Positions 12,577 to 26,646 of a stretch of DNA of 64,000 nucleotides are shown in pieces. The translations under genes and the position numbers were made by a program. How positions within the stretch are numbered: the stretch's first letter is position 1; every line of letters begins with the position of its first letter. A model generated the notes under the pieces. The model was not told where the DNA came from. It did no database searches and worked only from the letters and a program-made list of their open reading frames with translations. This DNA is from Balamuthia mandrillaris. Its lineage: Eukaryota. The stretch covers positions 1-64,000 of the forward strand of contig JAVKOQ020000036.1 in NCBI GenBank assembly GCA_031835245.2, in the 5' to 3' direction.

Positions 12577-15500
12577 ATGTCGCGTTCGGAGGTGCAAGGC
12601 GTGCTGGAGGTTCGGCTGATCGAAGGCAAGAATTTGGCCATTCGCGATCGTAGTGGTATGATCTCCATTCTTCGTGTTATATCTTTTTTTATTATTGTTT
12701 TAAAAAAAAAAACAAAAAGGAACGAGTGATCCCTATGTGGAGATACGTTTCGGCAAGACCAAGAAAACTTCCACCGTCAAGTGGAAGGTACGCCCCTTTG
12801 TTTTAATTTTAAATTTAATTTTTTTTTTCCTTTCGGTTACTTACCGTCATTCTCTCCTCTCTGCTGTAACCTCCGATCTTATAAGACCTTGAATCCTGGT
12901 AACCATTTTTCTTTGCCTACTTGTTCTTCTTGTGGTGGTTTTGGTTGTTGTTGTTCTCTTGTTCTTCCCTTGTTCCCGTCTCTTCTCTCTCGATCTCTTT
13001 GCTTTTCTTTTCCTAACTCCTCCGTTGTTGTTCACGTTCTGTCTACCACGCCCAGTATGGAGGGAGACCTTCCTGTTTCACATCTCCGACAAGACCAAGA
13101 CCATCGTGGACCTTGACATTCGCGTTAAGGACAAGGACAAGTTTGTGTTTTCCAAAGATGACTCGCTGGGCCAATTCTCTATAAACCTTACCGGTATCTC
13201 TTCTCCTCTGCTTCATTCTTTCTTATTTCTTCTTTCTTCCTCGTTATGCTTCCTTCTTCTTTTTTTTTCCTGACTCTTTGTTGAAACAAAAGATTATATG
13301 GACGGACAAACGCACGACCTGTGGGTTACACTCGATAATATCGAGACAGGAGAGCTGCATATGGCTCTCACCTACACCATCTTCACCGGTGAGCTTCGCC
13401 AAAGCCTCTTTGCTTTGGAAGGTACGATCGGTTTTTTCCTTTCCGCTCATACACCGCCACTTTTGTTCTTATTCTATTTTCGGTCGTGCTTCTTCGTCAG
13501 TGTTACCGCTGGAAATAAACGACAAGAGCGTTCCTTACGAAGAGTACAGCAAGTTCTTGGACTTGCCAGAACCATCTGCAAACTGTACATAACCTTTCTT
13601 CCGTTCTTCTCTTTCTTTCTATACCTTTCTTTGTGTTAAACTAACAACAACAATTGTGCAAACCAAAAATAAGTTAAAATAGCTGCAGAAACTGAAAAGA
13701 CACCGTCAGAAGAACTTTTGGACTTTGAGTTCGATTTGGGCGGGATCAGCTTCACGAAACCAGCTGACGAACCGCGTACCTTTGAGGAATACCTGGCCAG
13801 CATGTGCAACAACGAAGAGTTTGCCGACGTCGAGTTTTTGGTCTGTCCGGTGGAGGACAAGAATGATGAGGACGCTGCAGAGGGCAAGAAGAAGAAGAAA
13901 AGACGTGATGATAGCGATGATGACAGCAGCGACAGTGATGACAGCGACAGCGAAGACGAAAGCGACGAAGAAGAAAAAGAAGCCACTAACAAGAGTGCAT
14001 CCTCCTCGTCATCGAGTTTGGCGGATTCAAGCATTAGGAAAAGCATTTTTGCTCATGCCATCATGCTAGCGGCCAGAGCGGAAGGGCTCAAACAGCTCCC
14101 CTCGTTTCCTTCCTATCGCAACAAACACCAAAACCAAACTAAGGAGCAGAGACGGAAGGACATGGAAAACAAAGCCAAGAAACAGCAGCAACAGCAACAA
14201 AACAAGTTCCATTTGGCCGCTGACTTTAGCTTTGGCAAGAACTTGAAGCCCAGCCAACCTCGCAACAACTTGCATCGCAGCACTCGATTGGCGTTGGGCG
14301 ATATGTCGGAAGGAGGGGACTTAAAAACGCCCGTGCGGAGGAAGGAGAAAGAGAAGGAGAAAGAGGAGAAGAGAGGAGGTTGGGGGGAGGGCGAGAGAGC
14401 GAGAATCATGCTGCCCACCGACATCAAGTACGACGTGTTTTTGGCGTTGATGGAGTGGATCTACACTGGCACCGTCAATCGAGAGCGTTGCTTCGGGTAT
14501 ACCCTCCGCGATCGTTCTGCTGTACGTTCTCTCTTCTCTGCTTCTCTTCTCTCGTCTCTCGTCTCTCCTCTCTGTGTTGTTTCTTTCTTTCTCATTCTAT
14601 CTTTATTTCACTTTATTTAAAACATAGGAAAAGATCAAAGAGGAAGAGGAGAGGAAGAAAGAAGAAGAGAAGGAAGAAAAGGAGGAAGAATTCCCTCCCG
14701 TCTCCTGGACATGGCACAACGACTCGGCCTACGTGCCTTACTCCGCCGATCTATGCAAGACTCTGGAGAAGACCTACCAACTGCTCAAACGAGGGACGCA
14801 GCCGGCTCCCTCCGCTCGCGTCCAAATCGACTCAGAACGCTTCGTGGACCTATCCAATATTAACGACATTCAACAACGTCGTTATGATGATGAGTCTCGG
14901 TGCCGCAAAGTTCAACGACAAGAGCCATCTGCTTCCTCTTCACTGTCGTCCTCCACGTTGACTTCTTTGTTTTCATCCTCTTCTTCACTGCCCTCAAGAG
15001 CTCCGCCAATGACGCCGCAGCAGAGGGCAGCTGCCGACGATCTGATTCAGAGAGTGAAGGACTTGGCTGCCAAGTATAACCTCCCGCAGCCCTTTGTGGA
15101 TGCCTGCCTTTCCTGCATCAACTACACCAGTAATCCCTCTGCTATGGTTGGTTTCTTCCGCTTCTCTTTTCCCTCTTTCCATCTTCTCTCTCTTCTGTGT
15201 GATCGCTTCTTCTTTCTTTCTTTCTTGCCGTTTCTTTCTTTCTCTCTCTCTCTCTCTCTCTCTCGCTCGCCTCTGTTTATCTCTTATTTCTAAACGGTTG
15301 CTCACACTTTGAGCAAACAGACCGCCAAGGCAACACTTATCTCCGACCTGCAAAAGACAGTCAACTCCGCAGAGTACAGCACAGTCACAATCGTCGTGCT
15401 CGACTCTGGAGAGGACGAAGCGGAGGATGACCTCCGCGCCTCCTTCCTCGACGGCGACCTCGAAGAAATGGAGCTCAGCACGTACCTCTACTACGGCCAC

Positions 15501-15932
15501 CCGCTCTTCCTCTGCGGCTCTCCTTGGTTCAAGGCCATGCTCAGCAGCGGCCTTCGCGAGGCCCAAAGTCGCATTATGGAGCTCTTTGAGATCAGCAAGC
15601 GGAGCATGCGTTTGTTGTTGGAGTTTTTGCACACAGGCCGCATGGCTGAGGTGAAGACGGATCTCACTCTTGACTTTCTCCGTCTGAGCGATCAGTATTT
15701 GCTTCCTTTCGGCATTCGCGAGTGCATGGAGAGGATCATTGCGCACTGCGTGGTGGAGGTGGAGAATGCCATTGTGCTCTATCACTTTAGCTTGTTGAAC
15801 AACGCGCCGCGCTTGACGCAGTTCATTCACGAGTTTATCGTGCGCAACAAGTTTTGGAGCTCGAGAAGCATTAGGAAGAGTCAGAAGCAAGGCCTCTCCA
15901 CTTTGGATCGTAACAAGTTTCCTGGTGCTTGA
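12577..15932 (+). CDS. C2 domain plus BTB/POZ domain protein (multi-exon)
   Basis: C2: GVLEVRLIEGKNLAIRDRS/GTSDPYV..TLNP/VWRETF..VKDKDKF..DDSLG. BTB-like: EFADVEFLV..IFAHAIMLAARAE..VFLALMEWIYTG, and second copy YSTVTIVV..GSPWFKAMLSSGLREAQ..LLEFLHTG..LSDQYLL. Confidence 0.85.
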
Positions 15933-16007
15933 TGAGTCTATGTTGGATGTGCGATCTTGTCGTTTTTTTTTTTTTCAAAAAACTGTATAACTATGAACAA
16001 AAAGGAG

Positions 16008-16838
16008 TTACTTCCGTTTGACATTTTTACGTCCTGTTGGACACCATTCTAGAACTTTGCAACCTTCACACTTGGGTCCTCTTGGCTGCAAAGTGCAGAG
16101 CAATGTAGCCGGAGAAAAAAAGTTAGCCGAGAAGAAAGCAATGATGAAGAGATAGATGGAGAGGACCAACCAAACAAACTGTTTGCCCAAACCCAACAAG
16201 CAATGCGTTGATGGAAGCCCAATGCTCTCTAGGGAGCCACTGCTCCAATTCCTCTCTCGTGGCTTCCGGTGTGTTGGTCTTAACCCATCCTAATCTGTTG
16301 CTGATGCGATGAACATGAACATCGACACCAATGCCCTCCGTTCTTCAATGACACATTTAATGAGAAAGACAAACAGAAGAAAGCAAAAAAAAAGCAAGAA
16401 AAAAAACCTTTTCCATGCTATTTGCATGCAAAGATGAGCCATCTTTGGGCCTACTCCAGGCAACGCAAGTAGTCCTTCGTACTCTGGGGGAATGTCTCCG
16501 TCATAATCACTTACCAATATAGCTGCAGTTTTCTTTAAATATCTTTTTTTGGTTGTGTAAAGGAGAAGTATAAGAAGAGGAAGGTGCTGAAGAACAAACA
16601 ACCACAACCACAGAAGCATGAAGAATGAAAAGATGAATGGATGCAAATGCAGCAAGAGAAGTACATGGTTTTACGAGCATGAAAGCCAACATTCCGGATA
16701 AGAGAGTCGAGTTTGCTCTCGGACATGTTGAGTATAGATTCTGGGGTCAATCCGCCATGAGACTCGTCTTTCAGCTTAGCCATTGCTGCTGCTGTTTGTG
16801 CATCTTTCGTTTGGCTGTACACCATTTGTAAATGTGTG

Positions 16839-16881
<43 letters not shown>

Positions 16882-17824
16882 CAAGAGAGAGAAGGAGTGA
16901 AGTGACTGCGAGGAGAGAACAAAAGAAGAGAAAATAAGAGAAGGAGAAAGCGCTGACCTTGATAACATAAGAGAAACTAACGTTTGAAACCGTTGCACCT
17001 ATGGCATTGACGAACCATATGAGTGAGAGACCAAAGCGAGCTAGCACAGAAGAAGCTTAAAGCATGAAGAGTGGCGACACGAACCTTTGGTTCAGCAAGC
17101 GGGTCCGCCAAAGCGGCACACCCCATGGTGTCCACTGGAGCCACTCTCTCTTTCCTCATTTCGGTGATCCCCTCCAACACCTCTTCCCAATGGGGCGGTG
17201 GCTCCCTTTTCTCTCTCCTCGTCGCTACCTTCCTTTGCCTTTTCTTCCGTGGTTGCTGCGGTGGCGGTGGTGGTCTGCTTTGTGCTCTCGTTGTGGTCGA
17301 CGTCTTCTTGTTCATTTTTGAGTCCTCGTAGTCTTCATCTTCTTCATCGTCCTCTTCTAGTGGTGCTTCTTCTTCTTCTTCCTCATCTTCTTTGGCGTCT
17401 TCGATCAGTTTGATCGGACGTTTCGATCTACGGGCTGCTGTTCTGCCGCTGCTCGCTTCCATTATCACTGTGTTTCATCAGATGGGAGAGAGAGTGAGTG
17501 AGAGAGGAGAGGGTATGGAGTGAGAGATGAACAACTGTGAAGAGAAGAAGAGAAGCGTAGTAGAGAGAAGGGAAAAAGAGAGCTAGGAAGAGAGGAGAGA
17601 GAGGAGAAGAGCCGTCCACCTGCCTCTCTCGTGGAAGCGCCAAAGGCTCTTTCTTGCTGCAACAACGAGTGGCAAACGGGGAACGCTGCGCGAGCGCTGC
17701 AAGTCCTTGGCACCACCCACTCGGAACGCAAAGGGAAGGCCGTCGTGCGTCGTGCCAGCAAGAGAGGCGAGAGCGAGAGCGTCGTGTTGGCGGCGGCGGC
17801 GAGGTCTATCGCAACTCGTCTCAT
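16008..17824 (-). CDS. NTH1: Endonuclease III homolog (HhH-GPD DNA glycosylase/AP lyase with 4Fe-4S loop), multi-exon
   Basis: [97 protein letters not shown]. An upstream exon 17824-17620 joins in frame; a second ATG lies at 17462. Confidence 0.93.
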
Positions 17825-18041
17825 GGACACGCTCGCTTCGCACGGAAGACACTCTTTAACGACAAACCGTTGCCGGTTGGCGTTGTCGACACTAAAATCC
17901 TCCGAGTCAAAGGCTGTAATTTTGGTGACGTCATCATAGTCGAAATTACTCGGAGGAGGCAAATCCATATAGAGAATTGTCCACGTTTTTATCGTGTCGT
18001 CATGAACATTACCACAAACAAAGAAGAAAGGGAAAGAAGAA

Positions 18042-20495
<2,454 letters not shown>

Positions 20496-21078
20496 CACAA
20501 CAAACTTTCCAACAAGTAAACAATAACTAAACACCAATCAGAAATCAAAATTTTTGATCGATCTTATCGCACACGTCACTCATGCGATGTCGACATCAAA
20601 CCCCCATAAGGTAAAATCTTTTCGAAGAATATTTCCTAATAAAAAGGGACACAGAAAGAGGCGCCACTGTGTCCAAGATTACACACTCCTGAACGTATAC
20701 GTATACGTAGCCCAACCTCAGCGTTTCCCAGCCAGAACTAACCTTTTTTGTTTTCCCTTATTTAGTAGGTGTCTCTTCGTGCAGGTAGTTACCAGCGCTG
20801 AACAACCAATATAAAAAAAAATAATAAAGGAAAGAAGAAACGAGAAAATAAGGGAAGGGGTCACCACACAATCACTCTTTGCTTCAAAGCAGGCTCCGAG
20901 GGCGACCGTTCCATTGGAAGTTTATTTTTGTTTGAGATTGTTTTCTGTATTTTTTTTTTTTCGTTCAAGTTCGGTCTTCCCCCTCAGACTGCTGTCTATG
21001 CGGTCGTATGGTCTTTAAAGGCCAAACCTACCTACAGCAAACACTGCAACCCAGAGTAAGACGATCAACTAAACAAAG

Positions 21079-24000
21079 ATGTCAAATGTTAATCGGAGGA
21101 AAAGTGTTGGAGACACTCTCGATGGGGGAAGCAAAGATAAGTTAGGAGGTGGCGGCGGATCAGCTGTAGGAAGCCCTTCCCCCTCTCCTGCTAATGGCTC
21201 AGGAATCAAAAAGGTTGGGGTGATGTTTCGTGGGTCCACAGGAAGTCTTCGAGGCCCAATGGTCAAAGCCCACGACGAACCTCCAACCAAGAAAGCCAGC
21301 ACCCTTCGAGTCAAAAGCAACCCCCAAGAAATAGATAAGCTGGGCACAAATGGTCCTTCGCAGGTTTGTCCTACTATGATGCTATCGGCTATCCTTCTCC
21401 AGCATACTAACAAATCATCTACAGAGCTCAATGGAGTTAGGTGAGTCTTCCTCGGACGAAGACGACCAGAGCGGTGTCCCCCTGCGATTCGGTGGAAGGA
21501 GTGCCTCCACACCCAACACCAAAGGCAGCGTGGGAAAGTCGGTGACCATCAGCACCAAGAACGCGGTACAAAGTCAAATAGAAAAGGAGATAGAGGAGGG
21601 GAGGGAGAAGGAAAGAAAGGCGCAAGTGGAAAGGGAGAGAGAGAAGATCCGCAAAGAAAAGAGAAAGAGCTTGAGCATGCTCAAGGACAGGATGAGAGCT
21701 CAAAGAAAAGGAGAAGCCGATCCTTCGGATGAGACTGGAGGAGACGGGAGTGAGTCTCCCTCGCCCTCCGCTTCAGCTGCTTCGTCTTCGACGATTGTTC
21801 AGGTCTCTGGCCAGAAGAGAGGAAGCATTGGAGGAGTGACTATAGGAGGGAGTGGGAGTAAACCTGGAAGCAAGGCTGGCAGCAAGCCGGGAAGTAACAT
21901 CAAGGAAACAGAAGCCCAAAAGACGGAGAGAGAAACTAAGGCAGCGGCCAAAGAAGCTGAAAGGAGAGAGGCAATGGAGAAGCGGTTGCAACAGGAGGCA
22001 GAGGAGATGAGAAAGAAGGAAGAACGAGAGGAGGCGGAACGAAAGAAGGCAGAAGACTTGAAGAAGGCAGAGGAGGCCAAAAGACAGGCAGCAGCTGAGG
22101 AAAAGGCTCGGAAAGCTGCAGCGGCAGAGGAGGCAGCTCGGAAAGAAAAGGAAGACAAGGAGAGAAAGGAAAGGGAGAAAGAGAAGGAGAAACAAAAGGA
22201 AAAGGAGGAGAAGAAAAAGGAGAAGCAAAAACAAAAAGCCAAAAACGAGGATGACGAGTGGGACTTGGGTTCCGATGAAGAGAAAGAGAAAAATGCAGGC
22301 AAAAGAGACAAAGGCAAACAGAAGGACGGACGACCGCCTTCTGGGGGAGGAGGAGGAGCAGGAGAACTTCAAGCTTTGGGAGAACTCTATGAAGATGGCA
22401 CCGAAGTCTCTGAAAATTTTGTACGCCCATCACCTTGCCTTGCTGCGAATTCGCAGCCATCAAACTGACCTGTCCCACGTTCTTACTTTTCCAACAGGAC
22501 ATACATCTCATTGGCGTTCCGGCCGCCGTCAAGAGAATGCGAACGGACGTCATCAATGGTCTCTCGGAGGAAGAAGTCTTGAGGCGACGCGAGCATCACG
22601 GTGAGAATGTCATTCCTTGCCAGCAGCTTGATGATGACTACGTTCAGTACGTCTTTGCTTTCCCTCTTTATCCTCGCAGTTGCATTCTCTTGTCTCTTCT
22701 CTCTTCTCGCATCGTTTTAGTGTAAACCATCATAAAAAACAGCCTTCCTGACGAGATAGTACGAGTACGGAGAGATGGCAAGAGCGTCAGCGTCCCCTCG
22801 CGAGAGCTCGTCATCGGCGACATTGTGGAGTTGAAGAAAGGGGAGCGCATCGTGGCCGACATGTTGGTCATCAAAAGCATGTACATGATGGTGGATAACA
22901 GCCTCATCACTGGCGATCCCGAACCCCAATACCGCAGCATCAACCACACCACAGAGATTGCTCTCGAGACGGCCAACCTCTTGTTCTACGGCACGGAGGT
23001 GACGGCCGGAGAGGGCCTGGGGTTGGTCTATAGCATTGGAGGAAAGACCATACTAGGAAGAATGTTGTTGTATAACGAAGAGTCGCAGGCTAGAAAGGAC
23101 AGTAAGCTGAGTGGACCGAGGGCAAAAAAGAACATCCTGAAAATGTTGCAAAAGAAGGGCATTCAGTGCAAGGACGAAAGAGCAGGTTCGTTTGCTCGCT
23201 TTCTCTCTTTATCTCTGTGAACAGAAGTAATAATCAAATCGGACAGCTGCTCGCTTGGGAAAAGTAACAGCGTTGGTGGTGGACATGGGCGGTGTAATTA
23301 CCGAAAACAAGCTCAGTATTTGTTCGTTTTCCCTCCTGTTTCTTGTTCTTGTTCTTCTTCTTCTTCTTCTTCTTCTTCTTCTTCTTGTTCTTCTTCTTGT
23401 TCTTCTTGTTCTTCTTCTTCTTCTTGTTCTTCTTGTTCTTCTTGTACTTCTTGTTCTTGTTCTTCTCCTTCTCCTTCTTGTCCTGTTGTTCTTCTTCCTC
23501 CTTTGGGTTATATAATTCTCATATGAACAAAACAGCCTACCTACTTATGGATGGACAAATCTTCAACACAGCAGAGAAGATTCCAGATGAGAGTCGCTCC
23601 TTCCCCATCGTCATGCAGACAGCTGTCCTTTCCACAAATGCCTACTTCAGCAAACCCTCAACGCCAAGAGTGGTGACCGGCAAAACGAGGAAGGATCGAG
23701 TGGAGAAGCTCTTTCATGCGGACAACATGGAGGTGGTCGAGTACGACCTTACAAGCGGCGCTCTGCTGAGGTTCTATGAGAAGTATCCACCAAAGAAGAG
23801 GGACAAGCCTCGAGAGTCTTCTCTTTACAGCGAAATGGTTTGATCTTCTCTCTTGCTCTGTCTCTCATGAAACGCTAACACAACCAATGTGCCAAAAGGA
23901 ACGAGAACTTTACCAGAAGGTGGCTGAAGATGAAAGCGATATTCGCGTCAGTGTACACAGAGTGCCCGCAGCGGAATGTGAGGAACACGAAAAGCCAGAG

Positions 24001-25107
24001 GCAGAGCTGACACCCGAGGAGAAGAAGAAGAAGGAGGTCCGGGGGCGACAAACCTTTGTGGTCTGCATGTACGGACCCTTCAACGTCATCCTGCAGCATT
24101 GCACCTCCATCCTCTACAAGGGAGAGCGCTTCAAGCTGGACTCTGCCGCCGCCGACAACCTCAAGGCCAAAGCCAACGAGCTCTTTGCATACGGAGAGCG
24201 ATCGGTGGCCCTGGCGTGGCTGCCTCTCTATGAAGACAAGTTTCCTGAGGACTATGAGTTCGACTCCTTCTCCATGAACTTCCCCGTGGTAAGCTTTCTC
24301 CCTTACTTTCTTTCTCCTTGTCCGAGCAAAGAAGTTAACTTCCGGGTATACAAACCTAACAGAAGGAAATGTGTTTCGTGGCATTGGTCTCGACGGCTCC
24401 TCGCCCTATGCCGAACATCCACCGCATCATCAGCAAGTGCAGAGAGGCCAAGCTGAGGATCGTGATGGTCTCCAGTGAGGGTCCAGCGGCCGTAAGCCTT
24501 CTAGGCAAGAAAGTGGGGCTCCTCACGCACGACACCGTCTACGACATTGCAGAGAAGGAAGGCTGTCGCGTGGACGAGCTCACGAGGAAGCAGGTGGAGA
24601 GCGCCCGGTCCGTGGTGATAGATGGGCTCAGCCTCATTGCCACGGAACAGCTCACCAAAATTTGCCAAAGCTATGATGAGGTCGTCATTGCGAAGTATGA
24701 ATTCCCTCTTTCGCTCCTCTTATCTCTCTTACTCTCTCGTGGAAGAAACTTACCTAGTGAAACAAACCAGCACGGACCCAACACAAAAGATAAAAGTGGT
24801 GCATGCCATACAAAAAGTGTCGGACTCGGAGGTGGTGGCCTGCACTGGCTTTCTTCCCAACGACATGCCGTCCCTTGCACAGAGCGATGTTGGGCTGGCA
24901 ATGGCCGGCAGCATGGAAGCCGTTCAACAGGCTGCAGACGTGGTGCTCGGCGAAGGCTCCCTTGAAACCATCCTGGAAGCCGTTGAGCTTGGTATGTTTG
25001 TTTCTTTGCTCTTCTTCTTCTGCTCTTTGTTAACCCTTTCGTGTTCTGTTTTAAAAACCACTACAGTGAAAAAGAAAAGCGGAGGAGGTGGATGCATGGT
25101 TCAGTAG
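21079..25107 (+). CDS. Soluble P2C (Na+/K+-ATPase alpha-like) headpiece protein: no TM helices, degenerate catalytic motifs, C-terminal CaaX (multi-exon)
   Basis: Long charged N-terminus, then GLSEEEVLRRREHHGENVI, VRRDGKSVSVPSRELVIGDIVELKKGERIVADM, VDNSLITGDPEPQYRS, LETANLLFYGTEVTAGEGLGLVYSIGGKTILGRM, LGKVTALVVDMGGVITENKLS, GERSVALAWLPLYEDKFPEDYEFDSFSMNFP, KCREAKLRIVMVSSEGP, QKIKVV, GFLPNDMPSLAQSDVGLAM, ADVVL; ends VKKKSGGGGCMVQ*. Confidence 0.88.
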
Positions 25108-25252
25108 TTGTTGCGTTGGTGGCTATGAGCGCCAATGCCTGGTTTAAGGAGGAAGAAAGAAACATGGTTTCACCACTTGTTATTTGTTTGTTTTAACATT
25201 TAAAAACTTAAAAGAGTACACTTACCTTTTCTCTGTTTTTGTGGTGGTGAGC

Positions 25253-26410
25253 TTAATGGTGTTGCGGGGAAGAAGAGTCTTCAGAGGATGGTTGAGCTTG
25301 AAGAATGGAGCCATCAGCAAGCGCTTGAACGTCCTCCCAGGAAACAAACTTTTGGCCATATTCGCAATAAGCATTGAGGAGCACGTCGATTCGTTCGTTG
25401 CTCTCTGATAATATCCGAAACAACTGCAAAAGAAATGGTGAAGAAAAGGCAGAGAAAGAGCAACAGAGAAGAACAAGAGAGAAGAGGAGAAGGGCAGAGA
25501 AGCAGAAAAGCAAGGGAAGAGAAGAAGAAGAAGAAGAAGAAGAAGAAGAAGAAGAAGAAGAAGAAGAAGAAGAAGAACAAGAACAAGAACAAGAATAAGA
25601 AGAAGAAGAAGAACAAGAAGAACAAGAAAGAGAAGAAGAAGAACAAAGAGAAACAGACCAGCAGAGGAGCGGAACAGCAGAGACGAAAGTTGACGAACGA
25701 GAGAAGAGAGGCAAAGAAGCAGACAGAGAGGGGCAAAGAAGTTAGCATAGAGAGAGAGATGAGAAGAGAAGAGAACGAGGGCAGTCCTTCCACTCAAAAC
25801 GTACCTCAACTCCACTCAAGGAGGCGGCCTGCATGCTCTCAATGCCCGTCAAGCCAAGGAACTCCTCCAACCGCCGCTTCGAGCTGAAGGCCGGCAGCTT
25901 CATGGTATTGGGCGGCTCGGCAGGGTCCACCGAAGGCACCATCAAAAAGTTCAACTCTGGCCCGTTCTCCCCCTTGCGCCCTATCTCTTCCTCGCCGCTT
26001 GGTGGTTGAGCGAGGACCCACAGCCGGGTTTCTGCGAGGAGGCGGAGCAGGGCTGGGCTTTGCTTGATGTCTCCCATGGGAGCACGCAGCAGCTCCACCT
26101 CGAGGTCGTTGGTGGTCCACAGTGGCGGCGTTGTTGCTGTTTCGCGTTCTTCATAAGACGAAGAAGAAAAAGGGGAGGAGGGAAGGAAGGAAGGAGGAAG
26201 GGAGCGATCCTTTGCGATGTTGGGAGGAACAAGAAGAGCAGTCTTGTGGGATGAAAAGGAGGTGAGCGTTGGAAGAGCAGAAGAAGGACGATGAGCGGGT
26301 AAAAGAGTGGTGAGACTCCTCCAAGGGCTCTGAGCCTTGTGGAGCTGTCGGGCCTGGCAGAAGGAGAAGGAGAAGGAGTATGAAGAGGAGGAGGAGGAGG
26401 CGACTCTCAT
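25253..26410 (-). CDS. SseB N-terminal-domain-like protein with probable mitochondrial presequence (2 exons)
   Basis: Ser/Arg-rich leader nearly free of acidic residues, then NDLEVELLRA..LLRLLAETRLWVL..LPAFSSKRRL..LFRILSE..VLLNAYCEYGQKFVSWEDVQALADG, resembling bacterial SseB_N as I recall it. One microsatellite-filled intron at about 25425-25803. Confidence 0.6.
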
Positions 26411-26646
26411 TTCCTTTTTATTATTTTTATTATTTTTTTGTGTTTTTTTCTTTTGAGGGGAATTACGTCAGCAATGTGACGTCATCGATGACATCATCAG
26501 GACACGTAACAGTTCACTAAAAAAAGAAAAAGTGACGTGGTATATAGTTTTTGGCGCATTAAACCGAGAAAAGGAAAACTCAAATGACGCTTCGCTCAGC
26601 TCGTCGACAAGAAAGGAGCAGACTTTGAAACAAAAGAAGGAACACC

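Noticed and set aside
21773..22556. Long minus-strand ORFs opposite the charged N-terminus
   Set aside because: Antisense shadows of a purine-rich coding exon.
23335..23500. Hydrophobic ORF translations (poly-L/V/F) as the missing TM helices of the P-type ATPase
   Set aside because: They are (CTT/GTT)n microsatellite inside a GT-AG intron located after the DMGGV motif, where no TM helix belongs; identical tracts fill introns of soluble proteins.
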